A stretch of 64,000 bases of DNA from an uncultured Rhodospirillaceae bacterium (lineage in GTDB: Bacteria; Pseudomonadota; Alphaproteobacteria; SP197): positions 6,004-70,003 of the forward strand of contig CALGGB010000065.1 in NCBI GenBank assembly GCA_937880925.1, read 5' to 3'. Shown one piece after another: positions 8,844 to 18,566 of this stretch. Position 1 is the first letter of the stretch. Each line of letters starts with the position of its first letter. A program made the translations under genes and the position numbers. The notes below the pieces were generated by a model that was not told the DNA's origin, did no database searches, and worked only from the letters and a program-made list of their open reading frames with translations.

Positions 8844-9968
8844 TTACCGCCGCAGGGAGAGCAGGACACGCACCGCCTGGATCATCGCGACATGACCCAT
8901 GGTCCCGGTTTCCTCCGGCGCAACGTGGGAAAATCCCGGAATCAGGAAGACCCTGCTGCCCGGTACCGCATCGGCAAGACGCAGGCTTTCGCTAAAGGGT
9001 ATGACGGGGTCGGTCTCGCCATGGACAAGCACAATGCGGCCCGCCAGTGCGGCAAGGTCGAGGCGCGAGGGTGAAAGCGCGGTGAGATCATCGTGCGCCT
9101 TCGGCGGCAGGGCCTCGATCAGCGTGTCCACCCGTTCCGGCTCGGTGTTGGCGATGAGACCCAGGATGGCCCGGGCGTCCGGGCCGCCCTGGGCCATGGC
9201 CTGGGTCGTGGCGACCAGTCCCGGCGCGCCCCCGGCGGCGCCCACCCGTGCGAGTTCGGCCAGGCGGTTGCGGTCAAGCGCCGAGGGGACGTGCTCGAGC
9301 AGGGAGTAAAGCAGCAGCCAGCGGGCGCGGGAATCGGGATGGCCCATGCGGGTGATGCCGTCGCGCGGGTCGGTGAACCAGCCGGTGGTGGCGTAGGAAA
9401 CGACGGCGGCACCGTCGAAGTAACCGCCCAGGCCCAACACCATGGCGATGCCCTGTGCACGCTCCGGCGCGGCGGCGGCGGCCAGCGCGGGCGCCAGGCC
9501 GTAGGACACCGCGACCACGCCCAGGGGCAGGCCATTCTCGGCCTGCTCCGCGACAAGGTGGTCAAGCAGCAGGCGCAGCACCGCAGAATCCTCCCGGCCA
9601 GCGGACAAGGCCATGGCGCCGGGCAGATCCGGCGTGACGACGCGGAAGCCGGCTCCGGCCAGCACACCCGAGACGCCCACGACCCGGCTGTCGGACTTGC
9701 CCGCAGAGGTGAGGCCGGGCACGAAAAGCAGCACGGCGCGCGGCTCGGCAGGCTCGTAGATGTCGGCCTGGACCGTTGCGTCGCCGCTCAACAGGAGCAG
9801 CGGCTGGCGCGTCACGCCGGGCGGCAGGGGCTCGCCCGAGGCGTTGACCAGCCCGGCCAGGACCCGCACCGATTCGCCGTAGACCAGCCATAGCCCCGCG
9901 CCCGCGGCAAGCAGCAACGCAAACGCGATGGAGGCTGCCATGAGCCAGGGACGCAGACGTCGCATCAT
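8844..9968 (-). CDS. Alpha/beta hydrolase fold protein with an N-terminal membrane anchor
   Basis: 374 aa. N-terminal TM (LMAASIAFALLLAAGAGLWLV). The GxSxG-like region VAVSYGLAP and C-terminal GFSHV are consistent with a serine hydrolase. Confidence 0.55.
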   Translation of the reverse strand: MMRRLRPWLMAASIAFALLLAAGAGLWLVYGESVRVLAGLVNASGEPLPPGVTRQPLLLLSGDATVQADIYEPAEPRAVLLFVPGLTSAGKSDSRVVGVSGVLAGAGFRVVTPDLPGAMALSAGREDSAVLRLLLDHLVAEQAENGLPLGVVAVSYGLAPALAAAAAPERAQGIAMVLGLGGYFDGAAVVSYATTGWFTDPRDGITRMGHPDSRARWLLLYSLLEHVPSALDRNRLAELARVGAAGGAPGLVATTQAMAQGGPDARAILGLIANTEPERVDTLIEALPPKAHDDLTALSPSRLDLAALAGRIVLVHGETDPVIPFSESLRLADAVPGSRVFLIPGFSHVAPEETGTMGHVAMIQAVRVLLSLRR

Positions 9969-10070
9969 CCCGTCCAGGCCATGACGACGTCATACCGTTG
10001 CTTCACGGGTCCAGCGCTCCCCATCCGGCTGCGCCATGGGTGGCATGCCAGCGTGGCGAAGATGGGGCGC

Positions 10071-11054
10071 TCAGGCGGCAGGCTTGCGGTTGTGATCGAA
10101 GTTCCGCCCGGTGAAGGCCAGGATGTGATCGAGATAGCGGATCGGTTCGTGGCGCGGCGGGTTGTCCGTCCCCTGGCAGGTTGGCAGGCAGGCGATCATC
10201 GCCTCCAGATCGGGATCGAAGAAGAACGGCATGGAAAAACGCTGTCGCCCCGAGAGGTTGATCACGCGGTGGGGCGTGGAGGGATAGAGGTCGTTGGTCC
10301 AGCGCGTCAGCATCTGACCGATGTTGACCAGGAAGTGGCCGGGCAGGACGGGCGCCTGGCGCCAGCTTCCGTCGCGGTGCAGGATCTCCAGGCCCGGCAC
10401 CTCTGCCTGGGCGAGCATGGTCATGAAACCAGCATCGGTATGGGGCCCGGTGCCGAACTCCTCGCCGTCGAAACCCTCCTGGGGCGGGTAGCTGGAGATG
10501 CGCAGGGTGATGCTGGGCTGCACAAAGAAGGCGGCGAAATGGTCGTCGGGCAGGTCGAGGCTGCGGGCATAGAGCGGCAGCATGGCAAGGCCCAGAGACT
10601 CCATGGCCTCCATGTAGGCAAGCATCGTCGGACGGAATTCGGGCAATTGCGCCGGCCACTGGTTAAGACCCCGCAGGGGCAGGTCGGCGAGCACCTCGGG
10701 CGCGTCGGCCGCGCGCTCACGCTTCATAAAGAAGGAGGCGACCAGATTGGGCTTGGTCGCCTTGTGGACGGTCGAGCTCCTCTGCATGCTCGCCCGCGAG
10801 GCCATGTAGCCGATGTTGTGACGGTTGATTGCCAGCGCCGCCTTGGCCGCTTCCGGCAATGCATGGAAGGCTGCCGTCCGGGCGAAGGCGGCATCGACCA
10901 GCCTCTGATCGACCCCATGGCCGCCGACATAGAAGAACCCGACGTCGAGACAGGCCTGACGCAGATCCTGCGCCAGGCGGTCGCGCGCGCCCGCTTCGCC
11001 GCGCCGCCAGGGCCCCAGGTCCAGCACCGGAATGCCGTCCGCACCGTCCGCCAT
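10071..11054 (-). CDS. 2OG-Fe(II) oxygenase (isopenicillin N synthase family)
   Basis: 327 aa. Non-haem Fe(II)/2OG oxygenase N- and C-terminal regions: IPVLDLGPW... and HTDAGFMTML...HRV. Confidence 0.75.
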   Translation of the reverse strand: MADGADGIPVLDLGPWRRGEAGARDRLAQDLRQACLDVGFFYVGGHGVDQRLVDAAFARTAAFHALPEAAKAALAINRHNIGYMASRASMQRSSTVHKATKPNLVASFFMKRERAADAPEVLADLPLRGLNQWPAQLPEFRPTMLAYMEAMESLGLAMLPLYARSLDLPDDHFAAFFVQPSITLRISSYPPQEGFDGEEFGTGPHTDAGFMTMLAQAEVPGLEILHRDGSWRQAPVLPGHFLVNIGQMLTRWTNDLYPSTPHRVINLSGRQRFSMPFFFDPDLEAMIACLPTCQGTDNPPRHEPIRYLDHILAFTGRNFDHNRKPAA

Positions 11055-11103
11055 CGCCTTGCCTCCAGAAAGCCGGCGTCAGTCTAGCGCAGGGACAGCG
11101 CCG

Positions 11104-12612
11104 TCACGAGGCGGCGTTCAGACAATCCATCAGGCTGCCGCCGGCGATCAGTTCGGAAACGGCGATGACATCGAAGGTGAAGCTGCGGTCGTCGTCGAGC
11201 GGGGCAACGATGGCGCGCACATGGTCGCGCAGCGCCCGTGCCACCGGCGCGCAGCGATCGAGATCACGCAGGTCCAGCGCCTGGGCCGAAACCATCAGTT
11301 CGCAGGCCGCGACCTGGCGCAGGAGGCCGAGGATCTGCACCGCCTTGCGCACCGCAAGCGGCGTCATGGGCGCGTGATCCTCCACGTTATAGCCCGAGGA
11401 ATCGAAGATGCTGGCGGGCTGGCACAGGATGTGGATGTCCTTGACCAGGGTGTCGGCGGTGTGGCTGAGCAGGCCGAGACCGGCATGGGTATCGCCCCGG
11501 CTGCTGAGGCGGTCCGGGAGATCGGTCATGGCGCTCTGCAGCATCCGCGCGGTGCGCTGTGAGGACATCACGGCGGTCTGGGCCATGGCCAGCGCAAGGG
11601 CATCGAAGGCCACGGCCATGGCCGGGGTGTGGAAGTTGCCGTTGGAGAGGATGATGCCGTCGTCGGCGATCACCAGCGGGTTGTCGCCCGCGCCGTTGAG
11701 TTCGACCTCCACATTGGGTGTGCAGAAGTCGATGGCCGCACGCAGGCTGCCGTGGACGTGGCTGGCGCAGCGGATCGAGATGGGATCCTGGACGCGGCGC
11801 GGCACGCCTTCGTCGAAGAGAGCCGAGCCCGCCAGCTTTTCGCGCATGCTCTGCGCTGCGCGCGCCTGGCCGGGGGCACCGCGGGCGCGCACGATGCGCG
11901 GATCGATCGGGCTGGGGTTGGCGCGGAAGCCTTCCATGGTCAGGACGACGATGCCGTCGAGCAGCTCCATCAACTGCGAGAGATCGGCCAGAAGCAGGGC
12001 GCCAAGACCGACCGAGATGGAATTGGCGCTGCACAGGGCAAGGCCTTCCTTCTCCTGCAGCGCCACGGTGGCGACCCCGGCGCGCGCCATGGCCTCGGCG
12101 CCTGCGATCAGTTCGCCGCCGTATTCGGCCCGGCCCTCGCCGATCAGCGGCAGGGCGAGGTTGGCGCAGAGCGCGAGGTCCGAGGCGCCGACCGAGCCGA
12201 TGGAGGGCACGTAAGGGTGCACACCCGCGGCCAGCATGGCGCACTGGGTTTCCACGATCAGCGGACGCACGCCCGCCCCGCCCCGCGCCATGGAGGCGGC
12301 ACGGGCGAACTGGGCGGCGCGCACCGCCTCGCGCGGCAGCGGATCGCCGCCGCCGCAGGCGCGTGCCAGGACGACGACACGGCTGTAGTCGGCGCGCTCC
12401 TGGGGCGAGATCTCGTTGACCACCCGGCCGCCCAGGCCACGGGTGACGCCATAGGCCGGCAGGTTTTCGGCGGAGTAGCGGTCGACCACCGCGCGGCCGG
12501 CGTTGAGCCGCGCCAGCGCCGTCTGGTCCAGGCTCACCCCGGCGCCATGGCGGGCTACGGCGACGACGTCGTCGATACCGATGTTGCGGCTGCCGAGGGT
12601 GATGGCGTTCAT
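11104..12612 (-). CDS. Aromatic amino acid ammonia-lyase family protein (HutH-like), with the MIO triad degenerated to Ala-Ser-Asp
   Basis: About 502 aa from MNAITLGSRNIG. The HAL-family core is present throughout. The canonical GSVGASGDLAPL is GSVGASDLAL here (GCC TCG GAC at 12178-12186). The Gly of the MIO-forming Ala-Ser-Gly is absent. Confidence 0.75.
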   Translation of the reverse strand: MNAITLGSRNIGIDDVVAVARHGAGVSLDQTALARLNAGRAVVDRYSAENLPAYGVTRGLGGRVVNEISPQERADYSRVVVLARACGGGDPLPREAVRAAQFARAASMARGGAGVRPLIVETQCAMLAAGVHPYVPSIGSVGASDLALCANLALPLIGEGRAEYGGELIAGAEAMARAGVATVALQEKEGLALCSANSISVGLGALLLADLSQLMELLDGIVVLTMEGFRANPSPIDPRIVRARGAPGQARAAQSMREKLAGSALFDEGVPRRVQDPISIRCASHVHGSLRAAIDFCTPNVEVELNGAGDNPLVIADDGIILSNGNFHTPAMAVAFDALALAMAQTAVMSSQRTARMLQSAMTDLPDRLSSRGDTHAGLGLLSHTADTLVKDIHILCQPASIFDSSGYNVEDHAPMTPLAVRKAVQILGLLRQVAACELMVSAQALDLRDLDRCAPVARALRDHVRAIVAPLDDDRSFTFDVIAVSELIAGGSLMDCLNAAS

Positions 12613-12862
12613 GGGGGTCTCCTGCGTGATGGGCGCGCACCATGTCACAGGAAATCGGCCCGCCGCCAGTGGCCATGCCCATCACCGGAAGGTGATCGGA
12701 GTCACTGGTATCCAGGCGCGGACGGCACCATCTCTGAAACAACACCGAATACCGCAGTGCCGAGCGCGCAAACCTCCGGAACTGCTCCATGAGCCCCGCT
12801 CCGGCACCTCAAGCCGGGACGGGGTTCGGTCGTTCAAGATTAAGGTGTGCCGAGCGTCCCGG

Positions 12863-13603
12863 TCAGTTGATTGCGACCCGCTGGACCTCTGCGTTCAGCA
12901 CGTAGCCGCTTGAGCGCACCGTCACCAGAATCTGGGCGGCCCGGGGATCGTCACCGATCTTGCGGCGCAGATGGCCGACCAGCACATCGATGGTACGGTC
13001 GGCAGGCGAAAACTGTCGCCCCATGCGCTCGAGCAGGACCTCGCGGCTGAGCAGGTCGCCACCGTCCTCAAGCAGGATCAACAGAAGCTGCGATTCGCTG
13101 ATCGTGAGCACCTCGACCTCGGTGCCTTCGCGCGTGATCGTGCGACGGATCGGATCGAACAGGCGGCCGGCGAATTCGAAGCCGAAGTTCTGCGTGCCGT
13201 GTGCGCTCACTTCCGCGTTGCGCCATTCCAGCTTGCGGCACTGTGTCTTGACGGCGCCGACCAGTTCCTCGGCCGAAAACGGCTTGGTGATGTAGTCGTC
13301 GGCACCCATTTCCATGAAACGGCGCTGCCATTCCCGTTCCGCCAGAGCGGTCAGCATGATGACCGGGGTCAGCCGGGTCTCCTGCCGGGAGCGCAGCAAC
13401 CCGATCAGGTCCAGCCCGTCGCTCTGCGGCATCATGATATCGCTGACGATGACATCAGGCGAAAACTCCTGGGAAAGGCGCAGACCTTCGCGCACCGAAC
13501 TGGCGCCGCGCGTCTCGAATCCTTCAAAACCGAGAATCCGCACGATCCGGTCGCGGATGCCATCCTCATCCTCGACCACGAGAACTTTCGAAGCATGTCC
13601 CAT
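12863..13603 (-). CDS. Two-component response regulator, OmpR family
   Basis: Receiver domain (KVLVVEDEDGIRD...DYITKPF) plus a C-terminal winged-helix trans_reg_C domain (VLVGHLRRKIGDD...VRSSGYVL). Start taken at MGHASKVL. Confidence 0.8.
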   Translation of the reverse strand: MGHASKVLVVEDEDGIRDRIVRILGFEGFETRGASSVREGLRLSQEFSPDVIVSDIMMPQSDGLDLIGLLRSRQETRLTPVIMLTALAEREWQRRFMEMGADDYITKPFSAEELVGAVKTQCRKLEWRNAEVSAHGTQNFGFEFAGRLFDPIRRTITREGTEVEVLTISESQLLLILLEDGGDLLSREVLLERMGRQFSPADRTIDVLVGHLRRKIGDDPRAAQILVTVRSSGYVLNAEVQRVAIN

Positions 13604-13807
13604 TGCAGCCCGTGCTCCCCTTATCGGACGTACCCAGGGCAAATCGTGCCTTTGCCCGCGGCCACGTTATCAGAAATGTAACAGGAGAACTCCTGCAACT
13701 GAATCCTTGCATCACACCTGCAGAGCCGCCATTTCGAAGACTGGCATGCCTATGTTACGGTCCTGTACCTGCGGCCGTTCATCGCTCCCGGGGAGGTTCG
13801 TTCCGCC

Positions 13808-15853
13808 ATGCGCAAGATCATTATCGCCGTTGTCGCCGTTCTTGGCGTCCTTGTCGTCGCTGCGCTGGTGGCGCCATTCCTGATTCCTCTCGACTGGGTC
13901 AAGGACAAGGCGATCGCACAGGTCGAGGCCACAACCGGGCGCAAGCTGACCATTGCCGGCGATGTCAGCCTTTCCCTGCTGCCCAACGTTCAGGTCAAGG
14001 TGTCCGATGTCAGCTTCGCCAACCGGCCCGGCAGCGATGTTGCCGACATGGTGACGCTCTCCGATCTGGCGCTCGACGTTTCGCTGATGCCTCTGCTCGA
14101 TGGCGAGCTGGTGATCAACGAATTCGTCCTGGTCGATCCGGTGATCTATCTGGAAACCGACGCATAGGGCACCGGAAACTGGATGATGACGGCCAAGCCT
14201 CAGTCCGATGCAGGCTCGGAGAATGCCGATAGCGGCGGCAGCGACCAGGCCGGCGGCGGCACGGTCGGTTCGGAGCTCAAGAACCTGCGTCTGGGCGATG
14301 TGCGCATCGAAAACGGAAAGGTGACCTACCACGACGGCCAGACCGGCGAGACGACGGAGCTTTCGGCGATCAACGTCACGCTTTCCCTGCCCGACATGAG
14401 CAGCCCCTTTGCGGGCAACGGCAGCCTCGTCTTCAAGGACCAGACGATTTCCTTCGACACCGGCGTCAGCTCGCTTCAGACCCTGATGGACGGCCAGAGC
14501 ACCCAGGCCAGCGTGACGCTCGAGAGCGACCCCATGAAGGCCAGCTTCGACGGCAACGTCGCCACGGGCGGTGCGCTCGACGGCCAGGTCGAGCTCTCGA
14601 TTCCCTCCGTGCGCGCGCTTGCGGCCTGGCTTGCAGAAGCCCTGCCGGAAGGCTCGCCCGCGCCAGAGGTTGTGACCGTTTCGGGCCGGCTGGCCATGAA
14701 CGGCAACAACATCGACTTCACGGGCGCGCAGATCGCCGCCGACGACCTGAAGGCCGCCGGCGACCTGGGCCTCGACCTTTCCGGCCAGCGCCCCTACATC
14801 AGCGCCAACCTGACCTCGGAGATGCTCGACCTCAATCCCTACCTGCCGCAGACCGAAAGCGAGCAGGCTGCGGCCGAAAACGGCGGCAGCGGCGGCTCGG
14901 GCGACAGTGGCGACGGTGAAACGGCGGAAGGCTGGAGCCGGGAGCCGATCGATTTCTCCGGCCTGGACATGGTCAATGCCGATCTTGCCTTCGAACTGGC
15001 CGGTCTGAAGGTCCGTGCCATCGAAATCGGCCGCAGCGTGCTGAAGATCGCGGTCAACAACGGTTCGGCCAATCTCGATCTGGTCGAGGCCCAGCTCTAT
15101 GGCGGCACGGGCAGCGCCACCGTCGACATCGACCGCAGCGGCAACCGCCCGGCCATCAGCAACACGCTGTCGGTCAAGGGCATCAATGCCGAACCCCTGC
15201 TGACCGCGGCTGCCGGTTTCGACAAGCTCTCCGGCACGGGTGACATCGGGCTTGATGTCACCACCACCGGCGACAACCAGCGCCAGCTTGTCGAGAACCT
15301 GGCCGGCAACGGGTCGTTCCTGTTCCGTGACGGCGCCTTCAAGGGCGTCGATCTGGCCGCCATGGCGCGCGACGTTTCGCTCGACTCGGTCCTGAAGGCG
15401 GCCGACAGCGGCGGCTCGACGGATTTCGCGGAGCTTTCAGCAACCTTCCAGATCACCGACGGCGTCGTGCGCAACGATGACCTGTTCATGGCCGCCCCGC
15501 TGGTGCGCGCGGCGGGCAAGGGCAACGTCAACATGCCGCCCCAGACCCTGGACTACACCCTGTCCCTGAAGCCCGTTGCCAACCTGCAGGGCCAGGGCGC
15601 CAGCACCGACGAGGCCGGCGGCGGCATCCCGATCCTGGTGCGCGGCCCCTGGAGCAATCCCTCGTTCGAACCCGACATGGAGGCGATCGCCAAGGGCCTG
15701 CTGTCGGACCCCGATGCCATCGGCGAGACGCTGCAGAACCTGGGTGTCGGCGGCAGCGACGGAGAAGGCAGCGGCGGTGCCGGCGGCCTGCTGGACAGCC
15801 TGGGCGGCGACGGCGGCGACGCCGCGGACGCGATCAAGGGCCTTTTCGACTAG
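13808..15853 (+). pseudogene. AsmA-family outer-membrane assembly protein, interrupted by one in-frame TAG at 14165-14167
   Basis: The N-terminal 119-aa ORF (signal anchor plus AsmA N-domain) and the 556-aa downstream ORF are in the same frame, separated only by a TAG codon. The sequence reads ...VIYLETDA*GTGNWMMTAKP, matching the AsmA consensus ...RDAQGRGNW..., so CAG to TAG (Gln to amber) is likely. Confidence 0.6.
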
Positions 15854-15906
15854 TCAGGGAAACTCACCGGGGGGCGGACTGCCCCGCGCCTCTCTGCGCT
15901 GCCGCA

Positions 15907-16794
15907 TCAGGTGCCCGGCGCCGGGCGCTGTTCGGCGGCCCATGCTTCCCATTCGGCACGGTCCGCACCGAAGGGCTGGCCGGTGATCGTGCGCAGGGAC
16001 CATGAGGCAAACCAGCGCACGTCTTCTGCCTGGTCGCTCAAGGTGACGATCAGCGGGCCGATCGCAACGGGGTCGCCGATGCGGCCCAGCGACCAGGCCG
16101 CTTCCCAGCGGACCCGTTCATGTTCGTCATCCAGCGCCTCGATCAGATCGGGCACAACGGCGGCATCGCCGATATCGCCCAGCAGCGAAGCAACATTGTA
16201 GCGCAGGGCCGGATCGGGCTCGAACAATGCGGGAGCAATGGCCTCCACGCCCCAGACCTGCGCCACCGCCGAGGCAAGCTGACGCACGAACCCGCCCGGC
16301 TGCAGCAGGGTGGTGTCGAAGGGGGCATTGGCCGGATCCTCGTAACCCAGGTTGAAGGCCAGGCGGAACGGCCGCTGGGTCTCCGATACGAAGCTGGTGA
16401 TGACGGGGGCCTGGCCGGGCCGCTCGATCACGACCTCCCCGGTGATCCGCGCGCCGGTGTAAAGATAGGCTTTGACCGGCTCGAAATAGCCCCCGCCGTT
16501 GGCCCGGCCCTGGACCAGGACACGGATCACGGCATCGGCCTCGCCGGCATCGTCTTGCAGCAGGGTGTCGATACCTGCGGCGAAGAACAGGTCCTCCACC
16601 AGATCGGCGACCGGCAGATCCATGCCCTCGATGGGCCGGTAGGTGATCGTGGAGGCCGGGCGGTACTCGTAACTCTGGTCGATCACGATGCGCACGCTCT
16701 CGGGCAGCGCATCCGCGGCAACAGGCGCCACCGGCGCACAGAGCGCCAGGACTGCAAGCGCAGGGATCGCGGATCTCAGGCAGGAAAGGTGCAT
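15907..16794 (-). CDS. Secreted HEAT/PBS-lyase repeat protein
   Basis: 295 aa. Signal peptide MHLSCLRSAIPALAVLALCAPVAPVAA. C-terminal HEAT-like repeats (DAAVVPDLIEALDDEHERVRWEAAWSLGRIGDPVAIGPLIVTLSD). Confidence 0.55.
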   Translation of the reverse strand: MHLSCLRSAIPALAVLALCAPVAPVAADALPESVRIVIDQSYEYRPASTITYRPIEGMDLPVADLVEDLFFAAGIDTLLQDDAGEADAVIRVLVQGRANGGGYFEPVKAYLYTGARITGEVVIERPGQAPVITSFVSETQRPFRLAFNLGYEDPANAPFDTTLLQPGGFVRQLASAVAQVWGVEAIAPALFEPDPALRYNVASLLGDIGDAAVVPDLIEALDDEHERVRWEAAWSLGRIGDPVAIGPLIVTLSDQAEDVRWFASWSLRTITGQPFGADRAEWEAWAAEQRPAPGT

Positions 16795-16859
16795 GGCCCG
16801 CCAAGCCTAGATCGGAAGCCGATCAGGGGGAACCGGCGGGCCGGAAGGGGCCCAACGGC

Positions 16860-17480
16860 TCAGTGGCTTGCGCGCCAGTCCTGCAAGGCGGCTTCGGCGG
16901 CAGCCAGACGGTCGTCGGGCATCGCATTCATCAGGGTCGCAAGATTGGCAGCCGCGGCGCCGTCACCGGCCTCGGCGGCAAGCTTGAGCCAGCGGTAGGC
17001 CACGATACGGTCGCCCGCCGAGGTTGCCAGCAGCCAGCCCAGCAGGGATTGCGCATCGCTGTCACCGCCCTCTGCGGCCGGCTCAAGCACGGCGATGGCG
17101 CCCAGCGGATCAACCGGACCGCCACGACCCTCCAGCAGCATCAGGGCAAGACGCAGGGCGGCACGGGGATGGCCCTGGTCGGCTGCGGCGCGATACCATT
17201 CGCGGGCCGACTCCGGATCGACCTTGCCGCGCACACCGGTTTCCAGCCCATAGCCCAGCAGATACTGCGCCTCGGCATCGCCCGACCGCGCGGCCTGGCC
17301 ATACCAATCCATGGCATCGCCATAACTCTCGGCGCGCAGCGGGCCGGCATGCATCAGGAAAAGGGCCGCCAGGACCGCGCCCAGCAGCGCAGCGCCGATC
17401 GGGCCGCGGCGGCAGCGGCCGCAGGTGTCGCGATCAAAACCAAGCACGTCTGAACTGTCCCCCACGGCACCGGGCGGCAT
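16860..17480 (-). CDS. Sel1/TPR-like repeat protein
   Basis: 206 aa. Repeated A-Q/GD-x-x-AQ-xxLG motifs (SGDAEAQYLLGYGLETG, GHPRAALRLALMLLEG, GDSDAQSLLGWLL). N-terminal hydrophobic segment. Confidence 0.55.
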   Translation of the reverse strand: MPPGAVGDSSDVLGFDRDTCGRCRRGPIGAALLGAVLAALFLMHAGPLRAESYGDAMDWYGQAARSGDAEAQYLLGYGLETGVRGKVDPESAREWYRAAADQGHPRAALRLALMLLEGRGGPVDPLGAIAVLEPAAEGGDSDAQSLLGWLLATSAGDRIVAYRWLKLAAEAGDGAAAANLATLMNAMPDDRLAAAEAALQDWRASH

Positions 17481-17578
17481 GCCCGAAGCGAGCCGTCCCT
17501 GTGGCTCCGGCGCGACTGTAGCGGTGCAACAAGCCCGTCACAATCGCAACGGCATGCGGCACGCCTGGGCGGTCCGGC

Positions 17579-18541
17579 TCAATCCCCGGCCAAGGCAGCC
17601 TGGAGCAGAGCCTGGGCTGCTGCATCCAGGTCCAGTTCGCCGGTATCGATGCGCGCGAGCAGGCGATCGGCGACGGCGCCGTCCAGCGCGGCAAGACGCA
17701 TGCGGGCAAAACGCTCGGCTTCGCCCAGCAGACGGCGGCGGCGGCGCTGACGGGCGCGCTCGCCTGATTGCACGTCATGGCCGGCGGCCAGGGCGGCGGC
17801 GGCATCGGCAAGTGCCGGTACACCGCGCCCCGACAGCGCGGCGGTCGTGAGCACCCGTGGCGGCGCAGCGGCGTAGGATGCCGCGCTGCGCAGGGCCGCT
17901 TCGGTCGCGGCAGCCTGGGGCAGGTCGGCCTTGTTGACGACGATCAGGTCGGCGATTTCCAGAATGCCGGCCTTGGCCGCCTGCACGTCGTCGCCGGCGC
18001 CGGGCGCCCAGACAACGATGCGGACATCGGCCAGTTCGGCGATCTCGATCTCGCTCTGGCCGACGCCGACCGTCTCGACCACCACGACATCGCGGCCCGA
18101 TGACGCCATGACATCGGCCACCAGGGCGGCATTGCGCGCCAGGCCGCCCAGATGGCCGCGCGAGGCCAGGCTGCGGACAAACACTCCGGCGTCGCCGGCA
18201 TGGCGGCTCATGCGGATTCGGTCCCCCAGCAGCGCGCCGCCGGTGAGCGGGCTGGATGGGTCAACCGCCAGAACGGCAACGGTGAGACCCCGGCTGCGCA
18301 GCTCACCGACATAGGCGCCGACCAGCGTGGACTTGCCGGCACCGGGCGCACCGGTGATGCCCACGACCATGGCGCGGGCCGGGGCAGCGCGCGCGGCGGC
18401 CAGCACGGCAGCGGCAAACGGGCCGTCGTTCTCGACCTCCGTGACGGCACGGGCCAGGGCCGCACGCTCGCCGCCAAGGAAGGCCGCAAGCCAGGGAGGG
18501 GCGGAAGGGTTCGGATTTGTCGCCATCAGGGCCGCGAGCAT
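17579..18541 (-). CDS. meaB: Methylmalonyl-CoA mutase-associated GTPase MeaB (ArgK family)
   Basis: P-loop GITGAPGAGKSTL, VETVGVGQSE, NKADL. The ORF-track entry 17579-18904 carries a spurious 121-aa N-terminal extension; the start is taken at MLAALMATNP (18541). Confidence 0.8.
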   Translation of the reverse strand: MLAALMATNPNPSAPPWLAAFLGGERAALARAVTEVENDGPFAAAVLAAARAAPARAMVVGITGAPGAGKSTLVGAYVGELRSRGLTVAVLAVDPSSPLTGGALLGDRIRMSRHAGDAGVFVRSLASRGHLGGLARNAALVADVMASSGRDVVVVETVGVGQSEIEIAELADVRIVVWAPGAGDDVQAAKAGILEIADLIVVNKADLPQAAATEAALRSAASYAAAPPRVLTTAALSGRGVPALADAAAALAAGHDVQSGERARQRRRRRLLGEAERFARMRLAALDGAVADRLLARIDTGELDLDAAAQALLQAALAGD

Positions 18542-18566
18542 ACGCAGGCGACGCGCCCCGGCAAGC

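Noticed and set aside
13808-14167. The 119-aa and 556-aa ORFs as two independent genes
   Set aside because: Same frame and continuous AsmA homology across a single TAG. Treated as one interrupted AsmA-family gene.
15854-15906. Possible terminator hairpin between the convergent AsmA and HEAT-repeat genes
   Set aside because: The stem is imperfect (CGGGGGGCGG / GCCCCGCG) and no U-run follows. Too weak to call.
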